A stretch of DNA of 64,000 nt, taken from NCBI RefSeq assembly GCF_963921235.1, contig NC_086097.1, positions 119,166,001 to 119,230,000 on the forward strand. The letters are read 5' to 3'. Position 1 is the stretch's first letter, and every line of letters begins with the position of its first letter. Positions 1 to 12,775 of the stretch are shown piece by piece. Position numbers and translations under genes: made by a program. Origin of the DNA: Mobula hypostoma (taxonomy: Eukaryota). The notes under the pieces are model-generated. The model was not told the origin of the DNA. It ran no database searches and saw nothing but the letters and a program-made list of their open reading frames with translations.

Positions 1-2405
1 AGTACTGGACCTCAGGAGAGAGAATCTGTAGAAGGTTTAAGGGATAGCTTTTTAGATAGCTTGTTGTTGAGCTCACTAGGGGATTGGCTGTGCTAGATTG
101 GATGTTGTGCAATGATCCAGAGTGATAAGAGAGCTTAAGGTTAAGGAACCCTTGGGGAACAGTGATCACATTATGATTGAGATAACTTTGAAATTTGAGA
201 AGAAGAAGCTAAATTCCAATGTGTTAGTATTTCACTGGAAGAAAGGAAATTACAATGGCATGAGAGGGGAATTGTCCAAGGTTGACTGGAAAGGACACTA
301 GCAGGAAGGACAGCAGAGTAGCAATGTCTGGAGTTTCAGAGAAAAATGAGGAAAGTGCAAGACAGATATATTCTAACGAAGAAGAAATTTTCAAATGGAA
401 GAAGGACACTATCGTGTCTGACAAGTGAAGTAAAAGCGAAAAAGAGGGCATACGAGGAAGCCAAATCTAGTGGGAAGATAGATTATTGGAAAGCTTTTAA
501 AAACTTCCAGAAGGAAACTAAGAAGATCATTAGGAAGGAAAAGATGAATTATGAAAGGAAGCTGGCGACTAATATCAAAGATACTAAAAGCTTTTTTAAG
601 TACAAACGTGTATATAAGGAGTAAAAGGGAGTTGAGGGTAGATACAGGACCAAGAGAAAATTATGCTGGAGATATTCTAATGAGAGATGCAGGGATGGCA
701 GAGGAACTGAATGCGTATTTTGCATCAGTCTTCACAGTAGAAGACATCTGCAATATACTGGACATTCAAGAGTGTCAGGGAAGTGAAGTACATGCAGTGA
801 AAATTGCAACTGAAAAGGTGCTCAGGAAGCTTAATGGTCTGAGGGTGGATACATCTCCTGGACCTGATGGAATGCACTCTTGGTTCGGAAGGAAGTAGCT
901 AGAGAGTTTGCGGAGGCAATAACAATAATCCTTCACAAATCGATAGATTCTGGCATTATACCGGATAACTGGAAAATTGCAGATGTTACTCCACTATTTA
1001 AGAAGGGTGGGAGGCAGCAGAAAGGAAACTATAGACCTGTTAGCCTGACATCAGTGGTTGGGAAGTTGTTGGAATCAATTGTTAGGGATGAGATTATGGA
1101 ATACCTGGAAGCACATGACAAGATAGGCCAAAGCCAGCATGGTTTCTTGAAAGGAAGATCCTGCCTGACTAATCTACTGCAATTTTTGAGGAAATTACAA
1201 GCAGTGTAGACAAAGGAGATGCAGTAGATATGGTGTACTTGGATTTTCAGACCTTTGACAAGGTGCCGCACATGAGGTTGCTTAGCAAGATAAGAGCCCA
1301 TGAAATTACAGGGGAGTTACTAGCATGGGTGGAGAATTGGGTGATTGGCAGAAAACAGACAGTGAGAATAAAGGGATCCTACTCTGGCTGGCTGCTGGTT
1401 ACCAGCGGAGTTCCACAAGGGTCGTTTGGGACCGCTGCTTTTTAAGATGTATGTCAAAAGTTTGGACTACGGTATTAATGGATTTGTGGCTAAATTTGGC
1501 AATGATACAAAGATAGGTGGAGGAGCAGGTAGTGCTGAGGAAACAGAGAGCTTGCAGATAGACTTAGATGGTTGAGGGGAATGGGCAAAGAAGTGGCAAA
1601 TGAAATACAATGTTGGAAAGTGTATGGTCATGCACTTTGGTGGAAGAAATAAACATGCTGACTATTACTTAGATGGAGAGAGAATTCAAGATGCAGAGAT
1701 GCAGAGGGTCTTGGGAGTCCTTGTGAAGGATACCCTAAAGGTTAACCTTCAGGTTGACTCGGTGGTGAAGAAGGCCAATGCAATGTTAGCATTCATTTCT
1801 AGAGGTATAGAATATAAGAGCAGGGATGTGATGTTGAGGCTCTATAAGGCATTCATGAATCCATATTTGGAGTATTGTGTGCAGTTTTGGGCTCCTTATT
1901 TTAGAAAGGATATACTGACATTGGAGAGGGTGCAGAGAAGATTTACAAGAACGATTCCATGAATGAGAACGTTACCATATGAGGAACGTCTGGCCACTCT
2001 GGGGCTGTATTCCCTGGAGTTCAAGAGAATGAGGGGGAATCTCATCGAAATGTTCCAAATATTAAAAGGCCTGAACAGATTAGATATGGAAAGGTTATTT
2101 CCCACGGTAGGGGAGTCTAGGACAAGAAGGACATCCATTTAGAACAGAGATAAGGAGAAATTACTTTAGTCAGACGGTGGTAAAACTGTGGAATTTGTTA
2201 CCATGAGCGGCTGTGGAGGCCAAGTCATTGCGTGCAATTAAGGCAGAGATAGATAGGTTCTTGATTAGCCAGGACATTAAAGAGTATGGGGTGAAAGTAG
2301 GGGAGTTGGGATGACTGGAAGAATTGGATGAGCCCATGATTGAATGGTAGAGCAGAGTCGATGGGCTGAATGGCCTACTCTGCTCCTATATCTTATGGTC
2401 TGATG
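1..2405 (+). mobile_element. CR1-clade LINE, decayed ORF2 (endonuclease end, RT) and 3' UTR
   Basis: Frameshifted ORF pieces carry CR1 RT motifs: SPGPDG, WKIADVTPLFKKG, NYRPVSLTS, QHGFLKGRSCLTNL, VYLDF..FDKVPH, SGVPQGS, LEYCVQFWAP. The 3' tail reads gatgggctgaatggcctactctgctcctatatcttatgg. Confidence 0.95.
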
Positions 2406-2599
2406 CGATCTCCTCAAAACAAACTGATCATCTTTGATAAACAATTGATAGATTTTTGTCATCATTGTTTGGAAATTTGGTGGACAATTTCTTGGCCTCA
2501 GTTGGTAGCTCTGAATATAAGGGAAATCCATAGTGTTGATAGTACTGCTGACTACCTTTGTTGACATTCAGTTGTGTACTGGGATGGGGGAGATCCAAT

Positions 2600-2919
2600 T
2601 ACGAGGGTGATTGATAAGTTCGTGGCCTAAGGTAGAAGGAGTCAATTTTAGAAAACCTAGCACATGTATTTTTCAACATAGTCCCCTCCTACATTTACAC
2701 ACTTAGTCCAGCGGTCATGGAGCATACGGATCTTGGGCCTCCAGAAAGTGTCCACACATGGGTGATTGATAAGTTCATGGCCTGAGGTAGAAGGAGATGA
2801 GTTATATAGCCCTCTTTACATGCACATGCAGTTCAACTCTTTGAGTGATTATGCAGAAAGTTTGAAATTAATAACTCATCTCTTTCTGCCTTAGGTCACA
2901 AACTTATCAATCACCCCTG
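2600..2919. mobile_element. Mariner-like MITE
   Basis: tacgagggtgattgataagtt..ggcctaaggtagaagga at 2600-2640, a second direct copy at 2760-2805 and an inverted copy at 2871-2918. Confidence 0.7.
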
Positions 2920-2949
2920 AAGAGTTATTAGCCTGTTGTTGAGTCCCAC

Positions 2950-3550
2950 TGTAAGTTGAAGCATCGCTTCATCAGGCACCTCTGTACCATCCATCACAAG
3001 CAGGACTTCCCAATGGCCAAACATTTTAATTCCCATTCCCATTCCCATTCCCATTCTGATGTGTCATTCTACGGCCTCTTGTGCCTACATGAGGACATTC
3101 TCAGGGTGGAGGAGCAACAGCTTATATTCTGTCTGTGTCGCCTCCAACCTGATGGCATGAATATAAATTTCTCCTTCTGGTAAACAAATATCCTCCCCGA
3201 CTTTCTCTATCCCCACTCTGACCTTTTACCTCTTCTCACCTCCATATTACTTCCCCCTGGATTCCCTCCTTCTTCTCTTTCTCTATGGTCCATTCTCCTC
3301 TTCAATCAGATTCCTTCTTCTCCAGCCCATGACCTTTCCCACCCACTTGGCTTCACCTTTCATCTAGCCTCCTTCCCCTCCACCCACCTTTTTATTCTGG
3401 CATTTTACTGCCTTCCTTCTCAATACTGAAGAAGGGTCTCAAGCCAGAATGTTGGCTATCCATAGATGCTGCCTGACCTGCTGAGTTCCTCCAGCATTTT
3501 GTGTGTGTTTATTGCTCTGGATTTCCAGTATCTGCAGATTTCTCATGTTT
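2950..3550 (+). mobile_element. Penelope-like element 3' fragment (GIY-YIG C-terminus plus pLTR)
   Basis: Peptide HRFIRHL..QDFPMAKHFNSHSHSHSD..RVEEQQLIFCL..LQPDGMNINFS, a pyrimidine-rich tract, and the gatgctgcctgacctgctgagttcctccagc terminus. Confidence 0.88.
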
Positions 3551-3754
3551 ATAATTTACAAGGCTATTATCATTCCGATTCATTCTGTTTGGTTTTCAAA
3601 GTCACAGCATTTTGTTTACATAAATATTTCCTTCTCAGCTTGATTCTTGACAGCAAATGGGACTGGTCTGAACTGCCAATAGACTGGCTTGTTATTAGAT
3701 TTGTTGCTCATAGGTACTTTGAAACTTGCTCTGCAAGATAGACTTCAAACACAT

Positions 3755-4255
3755 ATTCAGTAGCCACTTTAATAGGTACACCTTTACAGTCACACGTTAA
3801 TGTAAATATCTAATCAGCCAATCATGTGGCAGCAACTCAATGCATTAAAACCTGCAGACATGGTCAAGAGGTTCAGTTGTTGTTCAGACCAAATCTCAGA
3901 AAAGGGAAGAAATATAACTCTGACCGTGGAACAATTGTTGGTGCCATATGGGGTGATTTGAGTATCTCAGAAACTGATGATCTCCTTTTGATGTACAACA
4001 CTCTCTACAGTTTCCAGAGAATGGAAATTGTAGACAATTTGCGAGAAACAAAAAACATCCAGCGAGTGGCAGTTGTTTGGGTGAAAACGCCCTGTTAATG
4101 AAAGAGGTCAGAGAAGAGTGGCCAGACTAATTCAAGCTGACAAGAAGGCGACAGTAATTCAAGCAACCACCTGCTACAACACCGGTGTACAGGAGAGCAT
4201 CCTTGAATGCACAACACTTCAGACATTCAAATAGATGGGCTACAGCAGCAGATAA
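3755..4255 (+). mobile_element. Tc1-derived MITE (cagtggccactttattaggtacac TIR family)
   Basis: TIR-like cagtagccactttaataggtacac; the body matches the other copies in the window. Confidence 0.8.
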
Positions 4256-4396
4256 AAATGAAGCAGCACCAATGCAGACATTGATATAGCTAGGAAGAGT
4301 TGGGGAATGATACTGGTGTAGGTTTGGAACATGGACTATTCCATGTGGCCAAAAAAAAAAGGCAGGCATAGCTGGGACCCATGACTACACTTTTTG

Positions 4397-4485
4397 ATAG
4401 ATGTTACCTGGCCTGCTGAGTTCCTCCAGCATTTTTCTGCATGTTTCTTGAATTCCCAGCATCAGTAGATAGATTTTCTCGAGTG
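4397..4485 (+). mobile_element. Penelope pLTR terminal fragment
   Basis: tagatgttacctggcctgctgagttcctccagcattt...ttcccagcatc. Confidence 0.7.
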
Positions 4486-5387
4486 TAAAAACTTAGGTGG
4501 TTAGATTTAAACAATACCTGGAATTTAAGATAATCTCAGGAGGCATTATGATCCACACCATGGTTCAGCTAGCAGAAACTAAGCCACACTTAAAATCAAA
4601 GGCAACTGCTCCAAACTGCAGGTTCTGAAGTTGATTTCTGAGTGTGGGGGGCAATAGTTCAGGTGTGGATAGATGGAATAATGTAGAATAAAGCTTAGCA
4701 TCCATTGAGCAGGCCAAAGAGCTTGTTGCTGTGTTGTAGTACTCCATGAAACCAAGTTCAAAGAATACTGCTAAGACTATTTCAGCCCAATGATAACGTT
4801 GAAATGACCATCACTGAATACAATATTTTCAGTTTAAAACATCAAAGTGTTTCAACTGATGAAAAAGAGGTCACATTTTAATAGACTACAGATCTAAGAT
4901 TAAGACAAGAACAAAAATACATCAATAGCAATTCAAAGTGAAAACATAAAGGAAGGAAGTTCCTTGAAAGCTCATTCTAACACGAAGAAACTGGATTGTA
5001 TATCTATGCCACAACTCATAATGACAGCAAACACAGACTTCCAAGAGCTGATTTACAAACCTTTTACTCATATGTGAATCATCAGGCCTTCTTGATCATT
5101 GGTCAAGGCATGTACTTTTGCAAGTTCAGTCAGATATCTTCGACAGAAAGTTTTGTCACATTGAAAATCTATTCTGGTGTAGCTCTACAGTTATTAAGGC
5201 AGATAGAATCCACAGTAGAACACAATGGACAGCAGAGGTAGTAAATACCATCGCACCAAACTATGAAAAATGAACAAATTTGATGGGGAAGGGCTGCAGA
5301 GGAACATAAGCTAGACTAGAAGTTGCATCAATGAAGCTTCAAAGTGACACATTGACATATTTTTTGAAAGATATCTTCTGTACATGA

Positions 5388-5855
5388 TGAAGTGGCCACT
5401 GAGTGTGTTTGTGATCTTCTCGTGCTGTAGGCCATCCACTTTAAGGTTCAAAATTTTACGCATCCAGTGATGATCTTCTGTACTCCACTGTCGTCATGTG
5501 TGGTTACTTGAGTTACTGTCACCTTCCTACCACCTTGAACCAGTCTGGCCATTCTACTCTGACCTTTCACATTGACAACTTTCACCCACAGAACTGCTGC
5601 ACTTTATTTTTCACATGATTTTCACACCATTCTCTGTAAACTCAAGAAAATGTCATGCAAGAAAATCCAGGAGATCAGCAGTTTCTGAGATACTCAAACC
5701 ACCTCACCTGGCACAAAAAATCACCCTCCACAGTTATAATGATAGCATAGTCACATTTCTTCCCCATTCTGAAGTTTGGTCTGAACAACAGCCAAACATC
5801 TTGACAGTGTCTGCATGCTTTTATCCTTTGAGTTACTGCAACATGATCGGTTAAT
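5388..5855 (-). mobile_element. Tc1-derived MITE
   Basis: aagtggccactgagtgtg end; reverse complement of the family body. Confidence 0.8.
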
Positions 5856-5971
5856 TTTTAAATAGTGTTTGAGCTGTGGCTATTCACACGGTCAGGTGTC
5901 TAAAGAGAGTAGAGTAGTGGACATAGCATGCATTCCTGAGGTGTGCCAGTGTTGGCTGTCAGTGAGGAGTC

Positions 5972-8305
5972 CATATGACCATAAGACATAGAAGTAGAAT
6001 TAGGCCATTTTGCCTATCGAGTCTGCTGCATCATTTAATCATGGCTGATCCTTTTCTCTCCCTCCTCAGCCCCACTCCCCGGCCTTCTCCCCCCCACCCC
6101 TGTAACCTTTGATGCCATCTCCAATCAAGAACATATCAAGCTCTGCCTTAAATACACCCAACAACCTGGCCTCCACAGTTGCCTGTGGTAATAAATTACA
6201 CAAATTCATGACCCTCTGGCTAAAGTAATTTTTCTGCATATCTATTTTAAATGGAGGCCCCTCTATCCTGAGGCTGTGCTCCCTTGTCCTAGACTCCCTC
6301 ACCATGGGAAAGATCCTTTCAACATTCAAAGGGTTTCAATGAGATTCCCCCAAACCCAGAGCTATCAAGTGTTTCACGTTTAATAACCGTTTCATTCCCA
6401 GAAACAGCCTTGTGAACCTCCTCTGGACCCTCTTCAATGCCAGCACACCTTTTCTTAGATGAGGAGCACAAAACTGTTCACAATACTCAAGGTGAGGCCT
6501 CACCAGTGCCTTATAATGGCTCAGCATCACATCTCTGCTCTTATATTCTAGACCTCTTGAAGTGAATGCTGGCATTACATTTACCTTCCTCGCCACTGAC
6601 TGGACCTGCAAGTTAACTTTTAGCATGTTCTGCACAAGGTCTCTGAAGTCCTTTTACATCTCCGATTTTTGGATTTTCTTCCCATTTGGAAAGTAGTCTG
6701 CACATTTATTTATTCTATGAAAGTGCATGACCATGGATTTTTTAACATTGCATTTCATTTCCCACTTTCTTGCCCATTATCTGAATCTGCCCAAGTCTTT
6801 CTGCAGCCTACCTGTTTCCTCAACACCACCTGCCCTTCTACCAATCTTCATATCATCTGCAAAATTGGCAAAAAATCCATCCATTTCATCATCTAAATCA
6901 TCGATATACAATATAAAAAGAAGTGGTCCCAATACCAACACCTACGGAACACCACTAGTCACTGGCAGCCAACTGGACAAGGATCCTTTTATTCCCACTT
7001 GCTGCCTCCTACCAATAAGCCAATTCTCCAACCATGTTAGTAACTTTCCTGTAATACCATGGGCTCTTAACTTAGTAAGGGGCCTCATGTGGCACCTTGT
7101 CAAAGGTCTTCTGAAAGTCCAAATATACAACATCTACTGCATCCCCTTTATCTATCCTACTTGTAATCTCCTCAAAGAATTCCAACAGATTCGTCAGGCA
7201 AGATTTTCCCTTAAGGAGACCATGCTGACTTTGTCCTATCTTGTTCTGTGTCACCAAGTGACATAACAATTGACTCCAATATCTTCCCAACCACTGAGGT
7301 CAGGTTAACTGGTCTTTAACTTTATTTCTGCTGTCTTCCTCATTTCTTAATGAGTGGAGTGACATATGCAAGTTTCCAGTCCTCTGGCACCATGCTAGAG
7401 TCCAACAATATTTGAAAGATCATTACTAATGCCCCCAGAATTTCTACCACTACTTCTTTCAGAACTCTAGGGTGCAGCTCATCTGATCCAGGTGACTTAT
7501 TGCCCTTAGGTCTTTCAGATTTTTGAGCACCTTCTCTCTTGTAATAATAACTGAACTTACTTCCCTTCCCTCATGCACTACAACATCTGACACACTGCTA
7601 GTGTCTTCCACAGTGAAGGATGATGCAAGATACTCATTTAGTTCATCTGCCATCTTCTTGTCCCCTGTTATTATTTCTTCAGCCTCATTTTCTAGTGGTC
7701 CTATATCTTTTCTTATCTCTTGTTTATTTTTTACATACAAACGTTTGTACTTGAAAAAGCTTTTACTGTCCATTTCTCCCAGTTACTGTTGGGAGGTCTG
7801 TATAAAACTGCCATCAAGGCCCTTTTACCCTTGCAGCTTCTTAACTCGACCCAGAAGGATTCAACATCTTCCAAATCTATGTCACATCTTTCTACGGAAT
7901 TGATGCCATTCTTTTGCAGACGAGCTACCCCATCTCTCTGCCTACTTTCCCTTCACTTCGATACAACGTGTAACCTTGGATATTCAGCTCCCAACTGCAA
8001 CCATCCTTCAGCCACGATTCAGTGATGGCCACAACATCACACCTGATAATTTATAATAGTGCAACAAGATCATCCTCCTTATTTCTTATACTCTGTGTAT
8101 CGAGATATATAGCACTTTGAGTACTGCATTTGCTACCCCTTTTGACACTGCATCCCTTATGCACTGATACTCACCCTGGTGGCTGCAATTTTGTCCTACC
8201 TGCCCTTCCTGACAGTCTGACTGCATGCTATCTCGGCATTTTTAACACCTGTCCTATCCTGAGTTTCTTTACTCTGCTTCCCACCCTCCTGCCAAGTTAG
8301 TTTTA
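5972..8305 (-). mobile_element. CR1-clade LINE, decayed ORF2 with internal deletions
   Basis: Minus-strand ORFs QHGLLKGKSCLTNLLEFFE, VYLDFQKTFDKVPH, VTSGVP, RPHLEYCEQF; ccataagacatagaag 3' tail at the left end. Confidence 0.93.
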
Positions 8306-8814
8306 ATTAGGAGGAGATGTTACTTCTGATCTGTGGTCTCCTGATAAGGAAGTCAAGGATCCAGCTGCAGAGGCAGGTAGCAAGCTATGTTTGCATAATA
8401 TATTGTTTTATATAGTTCTCGAGCTTGTTCAAACAGTATAATGCTACAGTTATGAGCAGTCTTTCCATGCCCTTTATATTCAGCAGTGACAGAGTAAAGC
8501 ATAGTTTACAAGCAAGTCTAGTGAGAGGTCAACACTACTGTTCCATGCCACTGTGACTTATTGCTCAATACCTTCTCATTCGTATGATTACGGTCTTAAA
8601 CAAAAAAAGATCATAAGCAAATATTTCTAACATAACACCGGGGAAGTAAAATGGTTTTGATGCTACTATCTCACCTAAATCTTGCCGAACATGATTTACT
8701 GAAGTGTTTCAATACTGTCAAAGGAAAATGGCCATTCCCATATAGCATCTTCACAAAAGCATCCAAAAAGATTGAAATTTATTTACAAAGCAGTAAACTA
8801 TTTATAGGTTGAAC

Positions 8815-9147
8815 CTTTAAGCAGTTGATGCAAATTGAATATCTCGTTATGTGTATGGCAATTTTACTTTGTTGAAAACAAGCACATCTATGACTCTCTT
8901 GTCTAATAGGATCAAATACATGAACACTTAGACAGGTATAGACAGAACAATTGTGCATGCTAAAAAATGCTTTGCCTTTCTTTCCCCTTATATTCAGATT
9001 AATACTTAGCATTAAAAAAAAAACTTTTACCTCTGCTTTTGTGGAAAACTCCATGTCCTCACTGGTAAGGATAGCTTGCTTATTCTTTATTTGATCCTTT
9101 GATTGTCGGTTTATGAGTATCACAATGAGGTCCATTATTAGAAAACA
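8815..9147. repeat. Copy A of a diverged ~330-bp local direct duplication
   Basis: Aligns colinearly with 9698-10070 through shared anchors ctttaagcagttgat, caattttac, aataggatca, taaggatagctt, attctttatttgatccttt and ttattagaaa. Confidence 0.8.
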
Positions 9148-9149
9148 TA

Positions 9150-9690
9150 CACAGTACCTAATACAGTGGCCACTGAGCCTACGTTCATAGTCTTCTACTG
9201 CTGTAGGTCATCCACTTCAAGATTCAACGTGTTGTGCATTCAGACATGTTCTTCTGCATGTCGATATTGTAACACACGGTTATTTAATTTACTGTCGCCT
9301 TTCTGTCAGCTTGAACCAGTCTGGCCATTCTCCTCTGAGATCTCTCACTAACTACTTTTCCCCACGGAACTGCCAGCACTGGATTTTTTTTTTACGTTTT
9401 GCACCATTCTCTGTAAACTCAAGAGATTGCTGTGCATGAAAATCTCAAGAGATCAGCAGTTTCTGAGATACTCAATCCACCTCATCTGGCACCGACATTC
9501 ATTCCACGGTCAAAGTCACATAGATCACATTTCTTCCCCATTGTGACGTTTGATCTCAGCAACAACTAATCCTCTTGACCATGTTACATGCTTTTATGAA
9601 TGCATTTGCTGCCATGTGATTGGCTGATTGGATATTTGCATTAACAAACAGGTGTACAGTTGTACCTAATAAAGGGTCTACTGAGTATAT
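9150..9690 (-). mobile_element. Tc1-derived MITE
   Basis: gtacctaatacagtggccactgag ... tgtacctaataaagggtctactgagtata. Confidence 0.85.
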
Positions 9691-9697
9691 TTTGAGT

Positions 9698-9795
9698 CTT
9701 TAAGCAGTTGATAAAAATGGAATCTTCCGAACAGTGTATGTCAATTTTACATTGCTAAAAGCAAGGACATCATATGATTCTCCTGCCCAATAGGA

Positions 9796-9863
<68 letters not shown>

Positions 9864-10070
9864 TCAGATAGGTACAGAGAGAATCACATTTTGCAAGCTA
9901 AAAGATGCAGTGCCTTTTCCCTTATATTTAGATCAGTCCTTTACTTTAGAAAACATTGAAATCTTCATTTTTGGAAAAATTCCACATAAGGATAGCTTCC
10001 TTAATTCTTTATTTGATCCTTTAGTTTTAGGCATATGAGATTCACAATTATGTCTTTTATTAGAAACTAT
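9698..10070. repeat. Copy B of the local duplication, containing a (CA)n(TA)n microsatellite at ~9797-9861
   Basis: See 8815-9147. The compound microsatellite is present only in this copy. Confidence 0.8.
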
Positions 10071-10974
10071 ATTCCTTACAAAGGATGATATTAATGATTT
10101 CAAATTCCATCAGATCTACTCAGTATCTTCTGAAAAATTTCCATATAATATCAAATGAGCTAAAATACCTCCAAATCTATTTTCAGACAGGCCAACTTAC
10201 ATTTCTTTGCAATTAGGAAGATAAATAAATGCTTTTTTCATATTCTAAGCATAAATTCAATATAATTTTAACAGGGCCTCTTGCATTTGCATTCTATTGC
10301 ACAGGAAATTAATCCCAGAAACATGTCTGTCTAGTTTTCTGACCTTATGCTGTTAGTTTCAGTACTGCCAAGACTTTGGTAAAAGAGCAGCAGAAAACAT
10401 ATTAAAATGATGTAAAATGTGTTGAACAGGAGATCAGGAATCCTTCAGGAAATTCAAATGCCATTTTTGGCTATAAATCTAGAAATTACAATGAATCAAA
10501 TTAACATAAACAGTTTAATGTTTGTCAAAATAAAGAGAAGAATTTGATAAATGGATATAAAATATTCAGACGTCAGTAATGCTCAGAGTAATTTTCAGGC
10601 TGTAATCTAAGAAACTGATTATTCATTAAAAATATGCACATTTTGATTACAAAGGAAAGCTGCTGATATATCTTGCAAATGGAACATAATGAAATCAATC
10701 ATATTTTATTCAAGTCAGTGAGCTGCTCAAGTTGCTCATAATGAGTAAAGTATTAATAAACCAGAAGGTTTGAGTCCACCTTATAAGGATAATTCCATGG
10801 ATATTTTTGGGCATTATGTCCAGGGAAAAACAAGCAGTTTCAGGGGTCTCTGTCCATTCAACTGAACTACAGAGTTACTCAACTTGGACAACCCAATCTT
10901 AGGACAAAGGAGCAAGAGATCATCAGGATTTAGTTTAATCCTTGACAACTTTTGAACCAAACGTATTTGATACA

Positions 10975-11232
10975 TAGTGGTTCGCGAGCGCCTTACAGTA
11001 CTAGCGACCCGGGATCAATTTCCACCGCTGCCTATAACGGGTTTGCACATTCTCCCTGTGATCACATGGGTTTCCTCCCTTAGCCTAAGGATGTAGCCAT
11101 TGGTAGATTACTTGGTCATTGCACATTGTCCGGTCATTAGGCTAGGGTTAAACTGAGGGTTGTTGCGTGGCGCAACTCAAAGGGCTGGAATGGCCTACTC
11201 CACGCTATATCTCAATAAATAAAATAAATAAC
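10975..11232 (+). mobile_element. tRNA-derived SINE (HE1/V-SINE-like)
   Basis: B-box-like gggatcaatttcc, V-domain-like gtttgcacattctccctgtg..tgggtttcctcc, CR1-like tail ggaatggcctactc followed by (AAAT)n. Confidence 0.75.
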
Positions 11233-11546
11233 TAAAGAAATACTTCTGAAAAATTCAGCAATAAGATGCTGAGCCATCTGCAACCCAAAGGACTGCATTG
11301 GGTCAGAGAGCAAAACTAAATGATAATGATAACGGTGCTGGACTTATTTAGACAGTGGCCTTTGATGACACTTCACACATGTTTTATTGACAATAAAACA
11401 AATAATGGATATCACCTGTAAAATGCTGTTAAGAAAAAGAAGCCACCATAAAGTTAACTCATAGAAACAATAGACCACTGGATACTATTCGTGTTTTCAG
11501 AACTTCATGCAAAAAATAAGTGTCAGGTAGAAGCATATAAAGGACA

Positions 11547-11745
11547 CAAACACCAGGAAATCTACAGATGCTGGAAATTCAAGCAACATACATAAAAACT
11601 GCTGGTGAACGCAGCAGGCCAGGCAGCATCCATAGAAAGAAGCACAGTCGACGTTTCGGGCCAAGACGCTCCGTCAGGACTAACTGAAAGAAGAGATAGT
11701 AAGAGATTTGAAAGTGGGAGGGAGAGGGAGATCCAAAATGATAGG
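11547..11745 (-). mobile_element. Penelope pLTR fragment with a degenerate hammerhead
   Basis: Near-identical to 17381-17580; minus strand reads agtc-ctgacgg-...-gaaacgtc-gact. Confidence 0.85.
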
Positions 11746-11877
11746 CAGATTCTCTGACTCTGAATTCCACCTCTTGGTTATTCTGTAGTTTTTATTTTAG
11801 CATTTCTTCTTACTCTACTTCAAGCTGAACTACTGTCTTTGTGTCAGTCCATTTTTAACTCATTGCTGTATTTATTA

Positions 11878-12470
11878 TTAGAATCAAAATCTGATTCATT
11901 ATCACCGAAACATGTCGTGAAATGTCTTGTGCCAAGGCAGCGGTACAGTGTAATACATAAAATATGCTATAAATTACCAGGAATACATATATAAATTCCT
12001 GAAGAACTTATGCATGTTATTATATACATACATAAATGTACTTATGTATTATATAAAGGATTCCTGAAGAAGAGTCTCAGCCCAAAACATCGACTGTTTA
12101 TGCATTTCAGTAAATGTTGCCTGACCTGCTGAGTTCCTCCAGCATTTTGGGTGTGTCTTGAATTTCCAGCATCTGCAGAATTTTTCATGTTTCTAAATTC
12201 CTTATGTTGATATATATATCGTGTAAAAAAGAGAACAAAATAGTGATATAGTGTTCATGGGTTCAGGGAACGTTAAGAAATCTAATGGAGAAGGGACAGA
12301 AGCTGTTCCAAATATGTTAAGTGTGTATTTTCAGCATCTGGAACCTCCTCACTGATGGCAGTAATGAGAAGAGGGCATGTCTGTTGTTGGTGGAGTCCTT
12401 AATAAAGTGCCTTCTTGAGGTATGTCTTTTTGAAGATGTTCTCAACGTTGAGGAGGCTAGTGCCCATAAG
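11878..12470 (-). mobile_element. Rex1/Babar-like LINE 3' fragment interrupted by a + strand Penelope pLTR piece (12062-12192)
   Basis: agaatcaaaatctgattcattatcac tail; ctcctcactgatggcagtaatgagaagagggcatg is the typical Rex 3' ORF end. Confidence 0.6.
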
Positions 12471-12505
12471 GGCTTCTCGTCTAAGCAGGTGAAGAATTTT
12501 AAAAT

Positions 12506-12775
12506 TACACTCAGTGGCTACTTTATTAGATACACCTGTATACCTGCTTGTAAATACAAATATCTAATCAGCCAATCACATGGAATGATTGTGGGTGCCA
12601 GATGGGGTGGTTTGACTATCTCAGAAACAACTGATCTCCTAGAATTTTTATACAGAAGTATCTATCACTTACAGAGAATGGTGTGAGAACAAAAACAAAA
12701 GTGAATAGCAGTTCTGTGGGCAAAAACACCTTGTTAATGAGCAAGGTCAGAGGAGAATGGCCAGACTGGTTCTTA
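12506..12775 (+). mobile_element. Tc1-derived MITE, partial
   Basis: tacactcagtggctactttattagatacacctgta TIR. Confidence 0.8.

Noticed and set aside
4800..5380. Unique-looking stretch with an 81-aa ORF
   Set aside because: The ORF starts at TTG, has no recognisable domain or splice context, and its length is expected by chance.
10975..11030. tRNA gene
   Set aside because: It is only a degenerate tRNA-derived SINE head; no cloverleaf can be formed.
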